A stretch of 64,000 nt of DNA from NCBI GenBank assembly GCA_031385045.1, contig JANNBC010000025.1:1-64000 (forward strand), written 5' to 3'. The stretch is from a bacterium (GTDB lineage Bacteria > Bdellovibrionota_C > UBA2361 > CALJRW01). The notes below the pieces were generated by a model. It was not told where the DNA came from. It saw only the letters and a program-made list of their open reading frames with translations, and made no database searches. The translations under genes and the position numbers were made by a program. Shown piece by piece: positions 39,201 through 48,799 of this stretch (its first letter is position 1; every line of letters begins with the position of its first letter).

Positions 39201-40898
39201 ACAATAAATCGTAATCCAACATATGTTATTAACTCTAGTGAGGTGGCAACAATTTCCTTTGGTGGTTCATGTAATAGTGTTACCACTAGTTTAGTAGCGG
39301 GGAATAACACAATTACTTTGGATTCTAATGGCGCGGGAGGACAGTTAGCTGATGGGGTTTACAGTAACTGTACGATAACAGTGACCGATGCTTCTGCTTG
39401 TAATACTACGAATTATAATATTTCTGCTTTTACAGTGGCAGCGACAGTTCCAACTGTCACTCTTAGTCGAAATTTTGCAACGATTAATGAAGCTGCTGGA
39501 GTAGCAACTTTTACAGCCACCTTGATTAATACCTATGCCTTAGCAACGACTGTTAATCTTAGTTTTAGTGGAACAGCAGGCGGTAGTGATTATTCTGCTT
39601 CTAATACTCAGATTGTGATTCCAGCACTTAGTACTACTGGGACGATTACAGTTACAGCAACTGAGGATCTTTTGGTTGAAAGTACTGAAACAGTCATCGT
39701 TGATATCTCAACAGTTACAAATGGAACTGAAAGTGGTGTGCAACAGGCTTCAACTTCAATCTTAGATAATGATTCTCCATCTTCTGTAACACTTTCAACA
39801 AACCTCAGTAGTATCTCAGAAGCTGGCGGAGTAGCAATTTTAACCGCGACACTAAATACTCTTAGTGCATTAAATGTAACAGCAAATTTAACCTACACGG
39901 GAACGGCAGCTAATGGCACTGATTATACAGCCGCGACTAGTATCGTAATTACGGCAGGTAGTCTTTCCGCTAGTATTAATTTAACCGGACTAGAAGATGC
40001 TACTTTTGAAGTCACAGAAACAGCTATCGTTGATATTAGTAGTGTTACTAATGGTACAGAAGCTGGTGTTCAGCAAGTAACAGTGAGTATTACAGAGGAT
40101 GCTGTTTGTAATCAGCCTGCTTGGCCGGCTCCTCATGGATTAACCAAATATATTGCCATGAGTTTTGAGCGAACTTTTGCTTCCACTAATGGATATGTGC
40201 CGCCAAGTGGTGATGCTTTTGATACTTACCTTGCTCGAAACCAAACTCAAAAAGATGCTAAGCGTGATAGTGCCTATGCCTTTTTCTTAAGCGAGTATGG
40301 ACTTGATTTTGCAAATGATGGAATTTCTTGCCCAGGGGGAATTTGTATTATGAATGGGCCTGATGCTCAAGTCATGCTTCGTTACATAAGTTTTGATAGT
40401 AATTTTCAAGCTAAGATTAATGCTGCAAGTAGTTACAAAGTTGATACTTCTGGTGGTGATTTAAGAGCTGGTATTTATCAGGTACTTACTTTTGATACTG
40501 AAAATATGTCTGGCAATGATGGTACAATTTTAAATGGTGCTTGGGGTGGAGGCCCCGGTAAACTAGTTCCTCGTGGTACAGTTTTAGAGTACGGTGAATA
40601 TCAACTCCAAATTTTATATCCTTGCACAGATGCCCCTAATCCAAACTTTACTAGAACCGATACCTTTTTAGTTGAATTTCAAAGTCAGAAACCAAGTTTA
40701 GCTGATTTTAATGAGGATAACGGAGCTTTCTTTCTTGATATTCCACAAATTTTTGAATATGAAATTACAAATGTAACTCCTAATTTTCCTACAGGATTTG
40801 TGAATGGTGAGATAATTGGTCGGACTGAGATTAGGCAAGATCCTGCTAGTCCTTATAACGTTACCGCTATTTCTAGTGTTACTTTGACAGTTCCTTAG
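36252..40898 (+). CDS. Large secreted/surface multidomain protein (LamG-like, Calx-beta-like repeats, YWTD-type beta-propeller, Ig-like, unknown C-terminal domain)
   Basis: Signal peptide; LWLKANAG..WTDQ; KIESYLGVKYG; three TVTL..I.E..GVA..TATL...GTESGVQQ repeats; IYWTDW, LFFVDY. Confidence 0.85.
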   Translation: MSHKSFLALFLFFLANLLEAQAPGNVTANFPLWLKANAGTSTTTDGVGVQTWTDQATALGGSNNATQATAANRPLYKSLTPINFNPYIRFDGVSDRFQIASNTSINNVASLTKSVYYAFRTGSSVISPVRQLIYKERNHQSGFNLYLYNGNLYCSAFKTNTAPTWPWKGNSVAATPNTTYVVSFIMNGTAANAGTIACYVNSSQFANLTGVGQIQAVNAISNIGSRELRTNYEGVQVANANADFSAVDFSEIAYYNAAHTTAERNKIESYLGVKYGVTLNQTVANNYTNSAGTVIFNATGTHNSYRNDIAGIMIDTNSGLSQLQSKSVNTDAIVTMSTASAMANTESLLWGNDNDDNGVIQEIYTGIPAGVAARLDRVWRADQTGDVGTVTITFNLNGIAVSGTSASQFRLLVDSVNSDFTSGATQVNAATYSGGIVTFNNVDFTGDDYFTLVTYVTPSPPTVTLTTNSSTILENGGVATLTATLSNIWTSAVTVNLSYSGTATNVTDYSRSGASITIPINSLSGSVTLTAIDDAFSEGAETVITDISSVSGGGTESGVQQVTVTITDDEPVNNACSGQERIFTTELASGDVNTYSIAGVYQATSTSAYTQNYEMIIDPDNNYRYLASYGNLRITRANFDGTGEITLFNTSLYSANPPFQVTINPNQGKIYWTDWAANTANIFCANLDGTGTPVAIATGLNYPTGMQIDKNTGRLYVYFGLNAPITLTTALTNGSCGAITLATLLNTGLDLAYNLTIDPPGNRLFFVDYNSQTIKKVNTDGTSLVTLRTLTAPGDQMRDIVYNKNTNNLYWVHTNGVIQRALADGTGGITTVVASGQPDSRSIDICVDDAAPRLSRFYSTSANSRYCPIVPINSIDIRAVYDESVVAGSTITVQLNNGANVVLSSITGNEISGTYTVGATGSGQTIADLSVASIVSESVLDVNNNTRVNSTVPASPNNLGDSSNIVVDTSAPVITEVTPVASPTINRNPTYVINSSEVATISFGGSCNSVTTSLVAGNNTITLDSNGAGGQLADGVYSNCTITVTDASACNTTNYNISAFTVAATVPTVTLSRNFATINEAAGVATFTATLINTYALATTVNLSFSGTAGGSDYSASNTQIVIPALSTTGTITVTATEDLLVESTETVIVDISTVTNGTESGVQQASTSILDNDSPSSVTLSTNLSSISEAGGVAILTATLNTLSALNVTANLTYTGTAANGTDYTAATSIVITAGSLSASINLTGLEDATFEVTETAIVDISSVTNGTEAGVQQVTVSITEDAVCNQPAWPAPHGLTKYIAMSFERTFASTNGYVPPSGDAFDTYLARNQTQKDAKRDSAYAFFLSEYGLDFANDGISCPGGICIMNGPDAQVMLRYISFDSNFQAKINAASSYKVDTSGGDLRAGIYQVLTFDTENMSGNDGTILNGAWGGGPGKLVPRGTVLEYGEYQLQILYPCTDAPNPNFTRTDTFLVEFQSQKPSLADFNEDNGAFFLDIPQIFEYEITNVTPNFPTGFVNGEIIGRTEIRQDPASPYNVTAISSVTLTVP

Positions 40899-40999
40899 TT
40901 AAAGTGGAATAGTTTTCAGAAATTATATAAAGTATTAGTTTTGTTTATACACTGCGTGTATTGTTTTTTTGGTATTGAGTACCGAGGCATTTTTAGTAA

Positions 41000-41056
41000 T
41001 CCGCCGTCGCTGGAAGATCTTTAGGGAATATAAGATATTTTTGAGGCTATGGCGGA
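41000..41056 (-). repeat. REP-like palindrome with expanded loop
   Basis: tccgccgtcgct...(AT-rich insert)...gctatggcgga. Confidence 0.7.
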
Positions 41057-41109
41057 TAAAGTGTTAGTTTTTTTTGTACGCTTTGCGTACTATTTTTTTG
41101 GTACACTTT

Positions 41110-41922
41110 ATGTGGAATAAGATTAAGGAATTTAGTGATATTTTATTTGAAATTTCTGCTGGTCATTTACCAGAGGGAGTTGCTAAGATCACAATCAATC
41201 GCCCTGAGCGACGCAATGCTTTTCGCCCCGAAACTGTGTCTCAATTACAAGAGGCTTTTATGGTTTGTTGGTCAAATCCTGCTGTTAAAACAATTATCCT
41301 AACAGGCGCAGGAGACCTGGCTTTTTGTGCTGGTGGCGATCAGAAGATTCGTGGTCATGCTGGATATAAAACTGAGCAGGGTGGTGAAACCTTAAATGTT
41401 TTAGAGTTACAAAGAATTATTCGAACAATTCCTAAACCAGTAATTGCCATGATTGCTGGATATGCCATTGGTGGTGGTCATGTCCTACACGTAATTTGTG
41501 ATTTAAGTATTGCGGCTGATAATGCAATTTTTGGTCAAACAGGCCCAAGGGTTGGATCTTTTGATGGTGGATTCGGGGCTAGTTATTTAGCAAGAATTGT
41601 TGGCCAGAAAAAAGCGCGTGAAATTTGGTATCTTTGCCGGCAGTATAATGCCACAGAGGCTTATCAGATGGGATTAGTGAATAAGGTCGTGCCACTTGCG
41701 GAGTTAGAGCAAGAAACACTTGATTGGTGTAAGGATATTGTTAAACATAGTCCAACTGCATTAAGATTATTAAAATCTTCCTTTAATGCCGAGCTTGATG
41801 GACAAGCAGGTATTCAGGAGCTGGCTGGTAACGCAACTATGTTATTTTATCAGACTGCTGAAGCACAAGAAGGTCGCGATGCCTTTGTTGAGAAGCGCAC
41901 ACCTGATTTCTCTAAGTTTTAA
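41110..41922 (+). CDS. menB: 1,4-dihydroxy-2-naphthoyl-CoA synthase
   Basis: [40 protein letters not shown] at 41110. Confidence 0.97.
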   Translation: MWNKIKEFSDILFEISAGHLPEGVAKITINRPERRNAFRPETVSQLQEAFMVCWSNPAVKTIILTGAGDLAFCAGGDQKIRGHAGYKTEQGGETLNVLELQRIIRTIPKPVIAMIAGYAIGGGHVLHVICDLSIAADNAIFGQTGPRVGSFDGGFGASYLARIVGQKKAREIWYLCRQYNATEAYQMGLVNKVVPLAELEQETLDWCKDIVKHSPTALRLLKSSFNAELDGQAGIQELAGNATMLFYQTAEAQEGRDAFVEKRTPDFSKF

Positions 41923-41934
41923 ATTACTACACAG

Positions 41935-43143
41935 TTGAACCTAATCGATTTAGAAGCATATTTAGTAAGTAATCCAGTAAAGACAATTTTACTACATCTG
42001 GAGAACTCCTTAACTTATGTTGAATTAATCCAGTTTCTTGGACAAAAAGATCTACAGCTAATCTTATTAAATCCTCGGGAATTAACTTCTAAGATTCAAG
42101 AAATAAATCAACACCAACACATTGATTTAGTCATTAGTAATCTTAGCGATTTACCAAATATTACACATTTCTCCCCAGAGAAAATTTTCATTCCACGCCA
42201 TTCACACCTAGATGATCAGCCAGAATTTTTAGCGCAAGTCTCGATCTTAAGTTCTGGAACTGAAAACTTAAAACTCTGGACCTTTAATTTAAAAGAGCTT
42301 TTTCTGCGAGCTAGGATGTTTGTGGAACATTTCAGTTTGGGGAACGCTAATTTTATATTATCAATTTCTTTTGCTTCAATCGCCGGCCTAAATCTTTTGC
42401 TTCGAGCTTGGCAGGCACAGGGGAGTATCGAATTTGAATTAGAAGAAGCTAGTAGTTTTGAAGACACAGTGGTTTCCTTATTCCCAACGCAATTAAGACT
42501 CTGGTATCAGAATAATCTAGCTTTAATTCATCAACTAGAATCAGCTCAAGTCATTTTTCTAGGAGGCGAGCCCCTAGACCCTGTTTCTGAAAAAATTATT
42601 CAAGATTTTAACCTACCAGTTGTTTTAACCTATGCCTTAACTGAGGCAGGAGGAACGGTAGCTTGTAAGAATATTTTTGAGGATTTCTATCAAGGTTTAC
42701 CGGAGTATACATTTAGGATTGAGAAGCAAGAAGATACGTCTCTTCAAAATTCTGGCCAATTGATCATTGAGCGGATGGTTGAGGATCGTAAGATTCAGAT
42801 TCCAACCAATGATTTTGTAGAGTTAATTTCAGATTCCCAAATCAAAACAATTAGTCGAAAAAAGACTTTTGTAAATCGTGGTGGTTTTAAATTTGAAGTT
42901 GGTTTTTTAGAACGTAAAATCGTCCAAGCTTTTACCTTTAAGCATCTGACGTGCCTAAAGTTTCCTGACCAAAGTTTTGGTGAAAGAGTTATTTGTTTCT
43001 ATCAAGGGGAGGCTTCAGTCGCTCAGCTGGAAGAGTGGTCCAAGGCTAATCTAGCGGTTTACTTACAGCCAGAGTTTCGGGAAGTAGCAGATTGGCCAGT
43101 TCTCAGTAATGGTAAAACTAATCTACGGGCTTTAAATCCTTAA
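41935..43143 (+). CDS. menE: o-succinylbenzoate-CoA ligase-like AMP-binding enzyme, divergent
   Basis: SSGT, GGEP, TYALTEAG, GERV, SNGK; directly downstream of menB. Confidence 0.7.
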   Translation: MNLIDLEAYLVSNPVKTILLHLENSLTYVELIQFLGQKDLQLILLNPRELTSKIQEINQHQHIDLVISNLSDLPNITHFSPEKIFIPRHSHLDDQPEFLAQVSILSSGTENLKLWTFNLKELFLRARMFVEHFSLGNANFILSISFASIAGLNLLLRAWQAQGSIEFELEEASSFEDTVVSLFPTQLRLWYQNNLALIHQLESAQVIFLGGEPLDPVSEKIIQDFNLPVVLTYALTEAGGTVACKNIFEDFYQGLPEYTFRIEKQEDTSLQNSGQLIIERMVEDRKIQIPTNDFVELISDSQIKTISRKKTFVNRGGFKFEVGFLERKIVQAFTFKHLTCLKFPDQSFGERVICFYQGEASVAQLEEWSKANLAVYLQPEFREVADWPVLSNGKTNLRALNP

Positions 43144-43229
43144 ATAAAAGCTATTGTTATCTATCTTTTTGAATCCCTTTATTTCGTCTATAATCTAAAG
43201 CTTATGTTCATTTCTACCGATATTTTATC

Positions 43230-44090
43230 ATGTATTTAAGGTTTCTCACAGTTTTTTGCATTTTTTCATTATTTGCAGGTAATTGTTTTGCTCAAGCCTG
43301 TGTTGGTGGAGTTGATACCTCTGGTAATCAGACTACACCTACTGGATTAACTAATTTTTTTGTTTTGTCATCAGAGGAATCTTTTAATGCACCATCATTT
43401 AGTACGTTCGATGTAGTAGCAAATCCTAGTATTGATGGGGACCGCTTTGATATTGATAAAATGGGCCGGAGCGTTGCGGCACAGATTGTTCAGCGACAGC
43501 TTGCCGTTGATTATTTTGTGAATCAGTTTGGTGTTAACTTTAGCACCACTGTAAACGCTGACACTAATCATACTCAAAAATCTTGGGTTAGTAATGATGG
43601 TAAGTGGAAGATGTATCATTTTACAATTGAACCAAGATATAACCAAAGAATTGTTTATTCTGGTGGAGAATATGTTCCAACTGATGGTTGGAAAGTTAAT
43701 CAGGGATTTTATCGGATGATGGCTGAATCTGGAAATAATACAGCGTCAACTACAGGCGCATGGGGAGAACTTGTTACAAGAACTGTCTTGGACTCCACCT
43801 TCGCTGATTTTGGTGAAATGAGGATTGAACAACGTTTGCCTTGTGTCACTAGTGGATTTCAAACATCTAATATCGATCTAAATTATGAAAGTATCAGACC
43901 AACCTTTCTCGACGTACTATCTAGGTTTGGAAGTTCTTATGGGTATTTAGGAAATCGAGCAAATATTGATTACAATATTTATAAAGAATCAACTGCTCTA
44001 ACAGGAAAAGCTCGTGGACGAGTAGAATTAAAATCTTTCGGAAGTAATAATTATACCGCGCAAGTTCGAATTGTTTTGAAACTTAGTTAA
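43230..44090 (+). CDS. Secreted hypothetical protein, paralogue of the C-terminal domain of 36252-40898
   Basis: Signal peptide; PTGLTNFFVLSSE, GDRFD, AVDYFVNQFGVNF match PHGLTKYIAMSFE, GDAFD, AYAFFLSEYGLDF. Confidence 0.8.
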   Translation: MYLRFLTVFCIFSLFAGNCFAQACVGGVDTSGNQTTPTGLTNFFVLSSEESFNAPSFSTFDVVANPSIDGDRFDIDKMGRSVAAQIVQRQLAVDYFVNQFGVNFSTTVNADTNHTQKSWVSNDGKWKMYHFTIEPRYNQRIVYSGGEYVPTDGWKVNQGFYRMMAESGNNTASTTGAWGELVTRTVLDSTFADFGEMRIEQRLPCVTSGFQTSNIDLNYESIRPTFLDVLSRFGSSYGYLGNRANIDYNIYKESTALTGKARGRVELKSFGSNNYTAQVRIVLKLS

Positions 44091-44490
44091 TTGCTCCAAG
44101 AAAGGTTTCTTTCATTTTTTCAGTAATTGCCTGAAACTGACTCAGGCGCTGATAAGTAAAGCCTTCTCGTTCTAATATAGCTGTTCTCTCTGGTAAATAT
44201 TGTACACTTCCAAATTCATTTGTTCCCAATTTTCCAATCACTACAAAAAGCTCTGGTCGGTTACGGTCTTGATAAATTGACCATTTTAATCCCATCAGAC
44301 TGGCGTCATTTGCCTGCTCACAGACCATTACTCGATCTTTTCCTAAGCGTTCCAGAAAATTCATGGCGTCAGTTGTTAGGGCAGTTCTAAGCCCCGATCT
44401 ATGCTTCCAATCAGCGAGATATTCATCGGGGTTTCTTGGTAGGCTAGCTTGTGGGTGTTTGGTACAATGTAGTGGGATCATGAGGAACAC
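44083..44490 (-). CDS. Hypothetical protein
   Basis: 135-aa ORF downstream of nadB; no motif. Confidence 0.5.
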   Translation of the reverse strand: MFLMIPLHCTKHPQASLPRNPDEYLADWKHRSGLRTALTTDAMNFLERLGKDRVMVCEQANDASLMGLKWSIYQDRNRPELFVVIGKLGTNEFGSVQYLPERTAILEREGFTYQRLSQFQAITEKMKETFLGAIN

Positions 44491-44577
44491 TTATATTACT
44501 TTGCTATTGTAAAACTAATCTATTCTTAGTCAAAGCAATTGCAACAAAATTACAAATTAAATTAATCTTGCGTCGAA

Positions 44578-46179
44578 TTAACTTAAAATTGTATCCTTTT
44601 GCATCGAATCACTAGTTTCTAGGTGATCAATATTATAATGTAAGCCGCGACTTTCTTTCCTGAGCATAGCAGAGCGGATTACTAAGTTTGCTACAAGACT
44701 TAGATTTCTAAGCTCTAGTAAGTCCGACGTTAATTTGAAATCCCAGTAGTACTGTTTAATTTCCTTTTCAATTAAATTACTTCGTTCCAGCGCTCGTTCC
44801 AGCCGTTTATCACTCCTAACAATTCCCACAAAGTTCCACATGAAGCGACGAATCTCTTCCCAGTTTTGGGTGATGACTACTGCTTCATTACTATCTTTGG
44901 CTGTTCCAATGTTCCAAGCAGGGATTGGAGGCAGACTTCTTTTTTGATCTAAATTTTGTAGTGAAGATTCAGCTGCGCGGTAAGCAAAAACTAGTCCTTC
45001 TAGTAAAGAATTAGATGCTAAGCGATTAGCACCATGAAGACCAGTGTGTGAGGCTTCACCAGCAACATAAAGGTTGGTAATTGTAGTTGCTGAATTTTGA
45101 TCTACCACTACACCACCACAACAATAATGGGCGGCAGGTACAACTGGAATGGCTTGTTTAGTAATATCAATTCCAAACTTTAAACAGTTATCATAAATAT
45201 TTGGAAAGTGATTTTTAATAAATTCTTCACCTCGATGACGAATATCTAACATGACATGATCTTCCCCGTGAGCTTTCATTTCATTATCAATTGCCCGAGC
45301 GACGATATCACGAGGGGCAAGTTCTGCCTGAGCAGAATACTTATCCATAAATCGTTTGCCATTTATCCTCGTTAGAATTGCTCCTTCACCGCGCATTGCT
45401 TCGGTGATCAAAAAAGATTTAGCTTGGGGATGATATAGGCATGTCGGATGAAATTGAAAAAATTCCATATTAGCAACAGCAACACCTGCACGGTAGCACA
45501 TAGCAATTCCATCTCCAGAAGCAACGTCAGGATTAGATGTATAGAGATAAACTTTACCTGCTCCACCAGTAGCCATCAAGACTCGGTCCGCAGTAAAGAT
45601 TTCCACGTGACCTTTAGGATTTAAGACATAGGCTCCGAGTACTCGATTATTAAGATTTGTTTCAAAATTTAATTTATGGGTGGTGATTAAATCGACTGCA
45701 TTATAATTAGGAAAAAATGTAATATTAGAATTTCGTTCACAGGCTTCAAGTAAAGTCTTTTGAATTTCCCAACCTGTAGCATCGGCGTTGTGTAATATAC
45801 GACGACAAGAATGTCCGCCTTCTTGATGTAGCTCATAAGAAGCACTTCCTGCTAAACGATCAAAGTTGGCTCCATAATCAATTAATTCTTGGACACGCTC
45901 AGGGCCTTCAGAGACAACTATTCTGGCGATCTCTGGATTAACTAAACCAGCACCAGCATTAATTGTATCTTGGATGTGTAATTCGAAAGAGTCATCTTCT
46001 GTTTGCACGGCAGCAATTCCACCTTGTGCCCAAGCAGTGGAAGATTCCTTGGTCGATTTCTTAAACAGCACAGCAACCGTTCCATGTTCAGCAACTTTTA
46101 GGGCATAGGAAAGGCCAGCAATGCCTCCGCCGATAACTAGGAAATTGTAACTTGTTTGGGGAGATAATGCGTTTGGCAG
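44578..46179 (-). CDS. nadB: L-aspartate oxidase (start extended to a probable CTG)
   Basis: FLVIGGGIAG FAD motif lies upstream of the track start at 46071; WAQGGIA, EGGHS, QFHPT, HGANRLASNSLLE. Confidence 0.93.
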   Translation of the reverse strand: MPNALSPQTSYNFLVIGGGIAGLSYALKVAEHGTVAVLFKKSTKESSTAWAQGGIAAVQTEDDSFELHIQDTINAGAGLVNPEIARIVVSEGPERVQELIDYGANFDRLAGSASYELHQEGGHSCRRILHNADATGWEIQKTLLEACERNSNITFFPNYNAVDLITTHKLNFETNLNNRVLGAYVLNPKGHVEIFTADRVLMATGGAGKVYLYTSNPDVASGDGIAMCYRAGVAVANMEFFQFHPTCLYHPQAKSFLITEAMRGEGAILTRINGKRFMDKYSAQAELAPRDIVARAIDNEMKAHGEDHVMLDIRHRGEEFIKNHFPNIYDNCLKFGIDITKQAIPVVPAAHYCCGGVVVDQNSATTITNLYVAGEASHTGLHGANRLASNSLLEGLVFAYRAAESSLQNLDQKRSLPPIPAWNIGTAKDSNEAVVITQNWEEIRRFMWNFVGIVRSDKRLERALERSNLIEKEIKQYYWDFKLTSDLLELRNLSLVANLVIRSAMLRKESRGLHYNIDHLETSDSMQKDTILS

Positions 46180-46296
46180 GGGGAACTTTCTAAAAATAGG
46201 AATAATTTCTATATAATATAGCTGAGTCTGTAGGCTAGGTCTATCATCCAGATTTAAGTTAAGAATTGAGTTTTAGTAGAGCATGATGGAGAGTAT

Positions 46297-46309
46297 TAAC
46301 TGCTTGATT
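46297..46309 (-). promoter_or_regulatory. IHF-consensus-like site
   Basis: Reverse complement AATCAAgcagTTA fits WATCAANNNNTTR; chance matches are likely in AT-rich DNA. Confidence 0.25.
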
Positions 46310-46405
46310 TTATTAAAACAACTATAGATTTTGATGATAATTGAAAATGTCACATAGAGAATTAAAATTTCATAACTGTCTTAGATAATTTTTCAGCCAA
46401 ATAGG

Positions 46406-47566
46406 ATGATTCAAATGAAAATGACAAGAGAGGAGTTTTTAAAGCCAGTCCGAAGTATGGAAGTTTTGGCTGTGGCAACTATTGGATTCTTAGGATTTAG
46501 AAATTGGGATCAAAAGCGAACCTATCATCGGACTAATAGTTCTAATGCACTGGTGGGGCATGTGGAAACAGATCCTGTAGTATCTAAGTTATCAGTCAGT
46601 CTAACTGGGTACGTCAATAGTTTATCACTTTTAAGAGATGAGTATGCCTCAGCTTATCGTCATGTTCGAATGGTTCCAGTTGTTGTTCCTAGTGGTAAGG
46701 GGCGCGTGACAATTCAGATGCGACCAGAAACTTACTGGTCAGAAGAAAAAAATATTCCCAAACATTCTGAGATTGATCAGTGGCTTGCAACTAGTAAAAT
46801 ATTGTTAGAGAAAGGGGAATATCTTAAAACTCCAGAATTAATTGATATCACTAGGTTACAAAGTGTTGCAATAAAGGCTGAAAAGGGAGATGCCACAAGT
46901 CAGAAAATTTTAACTACAGTAATTTATGGAACACTTGCTGGTGCAACTTTGATGTATGAGGAAGCCTTCGCTTTGTTAACTAAAGGTTATAGTAGCTATC
47001 AGGAAAGTTTGGAATCAATCTCGCTTCCACATGAAGTAAAGCGTCGTGATGTAATTAAATTAATTTCTGGACTTGCTGGAGTTTTAGTAGCAAGTGGTAT
47101 TAATTATGGAATTGATCAAAGTCTAAGTCAGGGAGAGAAAAAATTAAAAACTTTAGTTACTACAGTTGATCTGGAAACAAAACTTACCGCCTCTCAGTTG
47201 ATTAGCAATTATTTTGAAAGGGATTTGGGTTCCATGATTAGCCTTGTTGAATCGCAAATCAACACTAGTGCTGATGCTCTAGGAAAAGGGGTTAGTGAAG
47301 CAAAAGTTTCCGGAGCAATGAAACAGTTTCAGCAATCAGCTTCAGAGTTATCATCGACACTGAAGGAAATTGCTAATAACTCCGATTTTAATGAAGCTTT
47401 AGGATATTATTCTGCCTGTGGAACCGCTACTCAAAAACTCAGTAATGCTTCAGCAGGGGAAGAGCGTTTAGCTAATATGGCTGTTGTTTTTGAAGGCTTA
47501 GGAGTAACAACTGTTATGGGGTTACTGATCACTCTTGGTGAAAGATATAATTTGAGCCATCGCTAA
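46406..47566 (+). CDS. Hypothetical membrane-associated protein
   Basis: 386-aa ORF; several hydrophobic segments; TREEFLK and KRRDVIK motifs. Confidence 0.7.
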   Translation: MIQMKMTREEFLKPVRSMEVLAVATIGFLGFRNWDQKRTYHRTNSSNALVGHVETDPVVSKLSVSLTGYVNSLSLLRDEYASAYRHVRMVPVVVPSGKGRVTIQMRPETYWSEEKNIPKHSEIDQWLATSKILLEKGEYLKTPELIDITRLQSVAIKAEKGDATSQKILTTVIYGTLAGATLMYEEAFALLTKGYSSYQESLESISLPHEVKRRDVIKLISGLAGVLVASGINYGIDQSLSQGEKKLKTLVTTVDLETKLTASQLISNYFERDLGSMISLVESQINTSADALGKGVSEAKVSGAMKQFQQSASELSSTLKEIANNSDFNEALGYYSACGTATQKLSNASAGEERLANMAVVFEGLGVTTVMGLLITLGERYNLSHR

Positions 47567-47702
47567 AAGATTGCTCTTTCTAGATCTGATTGGAGTTAGA
47601 TGGCTTTTAAAGCTTTGGACAAAGATCGACAATTAAATTAATATTAATACTTCGGATGTTGTAAGCATTCAGATTGCTACTATTTGTTATTATTAATTAT
47701 CC

Positions 47703-48749
47703 ATGGGAATAAATTGCGCTACTTTAGCAGAAACTAAAGAACAAATGTTTAAGAAATTATCTCGTGTTGTTCCAGAGATAGAGATTCCCTATAAAGCAGA
47801 ATTAGTCTTTAAGATTAATCAATTAAAAAAAGAAAAAAATGTTGTAATTCTTGGCCATAATTATATGGAGCCAGCACTTTTTCATACAATCCCAGATATT
47901 GTCGGAGACTCCCTACAGCTTTCGCGCGAAGCTGCTAAAACTAATGCCGATATTATTATTTTCTGTGGTGTGAGGTTTATGGCAGAGACGGCCAAGATTC
48001 TAAATCCTGATAAAACAGTTTTATTGCCGACAAGAGGAAAGGCTGGATGTTCTTTGGCCGCCGCTATCACTGCTCAAGATGTTCGGGATTTACGAGTAGC
48101 TTATCCAGGACTTCCTGTCGTGGCTTACGTCAACACATATGCTGATGTAAAAGCTGAAATTGATTATTGCTGTACTTCTGGAAATGCAGTGAAGCTAGTT
48201 AAGTCTTTAGGCGATCAGCCAATTATTTTTCTACCGGATGAGTATCTTGCAAAAAATGTCGCTGATGAACTCGGTCGCAAAGTTGCCATCGCTAGTCCTG
48301 GAAATTACCCAGAAATTAAAGATGGAGTTTCGATTATTGGTTGGAAGGGGTGTTGCGAGGTCCATGACAAGTTTACTGTTGAGGATATTCAAATTGCTAG
48401 AAGGCAATATCCTGATGTAGCTGTAATTACTCACCCTGAATCTCGCCCGGAAGTAGTCGCAGCATCAGATTTTAGTGGAAGTACCAGTGTGATGAATGCT
48501 TATGTTAAGAATTCTCCGGCAAAGCGTTTCCTAATCCTTACTGAGTGTAGCATGGGGGATAATATTATCGCTGATAATCCTGATAAAGAGACTTTACGGA
48601 TGTGTCATGTGCGTTGCCCTCATATGAATCAAATTACCTTAGAAGATACATTATATGCCCTAGAGCATAATGAAACGGTTATTACCATTCCTGAAGATAT
48701 TAGAATTCGGGCCTTAAAGTCAGTAGAAAGGATGCTAGCTATTGGTTAA
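47703..48749 (+). CDS. nadA: Quinolinate synthase
   Basis: ILGHNY, GDSLQLS, FCGVRFMAETAKILNP, GCSLA, CEVH, CPHMNQITL. Confidence 0.97.
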   Translation: MGINCATLAETKEQMFKKLSRVVPEIEIPYKAELVFKINQLKKEKNVVILGHNYMEPALFHTIPDIVGDSLQLSREAAKTNADIIIFCGVRFMAETAKILNPDKTVLLPTRGKAGCSLAAAITAQDVRDLRVAYPGLPVVAYVNTYADVKAEIDYCCTSGNAVKLVKSLGDQPIIFLPDEYLAKNVADELGRKVAIASPGNYPEIKDGVSIIGWKGCCEVHDKFTVEDIQIARRQYPDVAVITHPESRPEVVAASDFSGSTSVMNAYVKNSPAKRFLILTECSMGDNIIADNPDKETLRMCHVRCPHMNQITLEDTLYALEHNETVITIPEDIRIRALKSVERMLAIG

Positions 48750-48799
48750 GAGAGTAAAATAGGCTATATTACGCGCTAAAGTTTTTATTATATCGTAGT

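Noticed and set aside
37620..40100. Repeated sequence in the large surface gene as a DGR or recombination cassette
   Set aside because: Explained by diverged Calx-beta-like protein repeats; no reverse transcriptase or near-identical DNA repeat seen.
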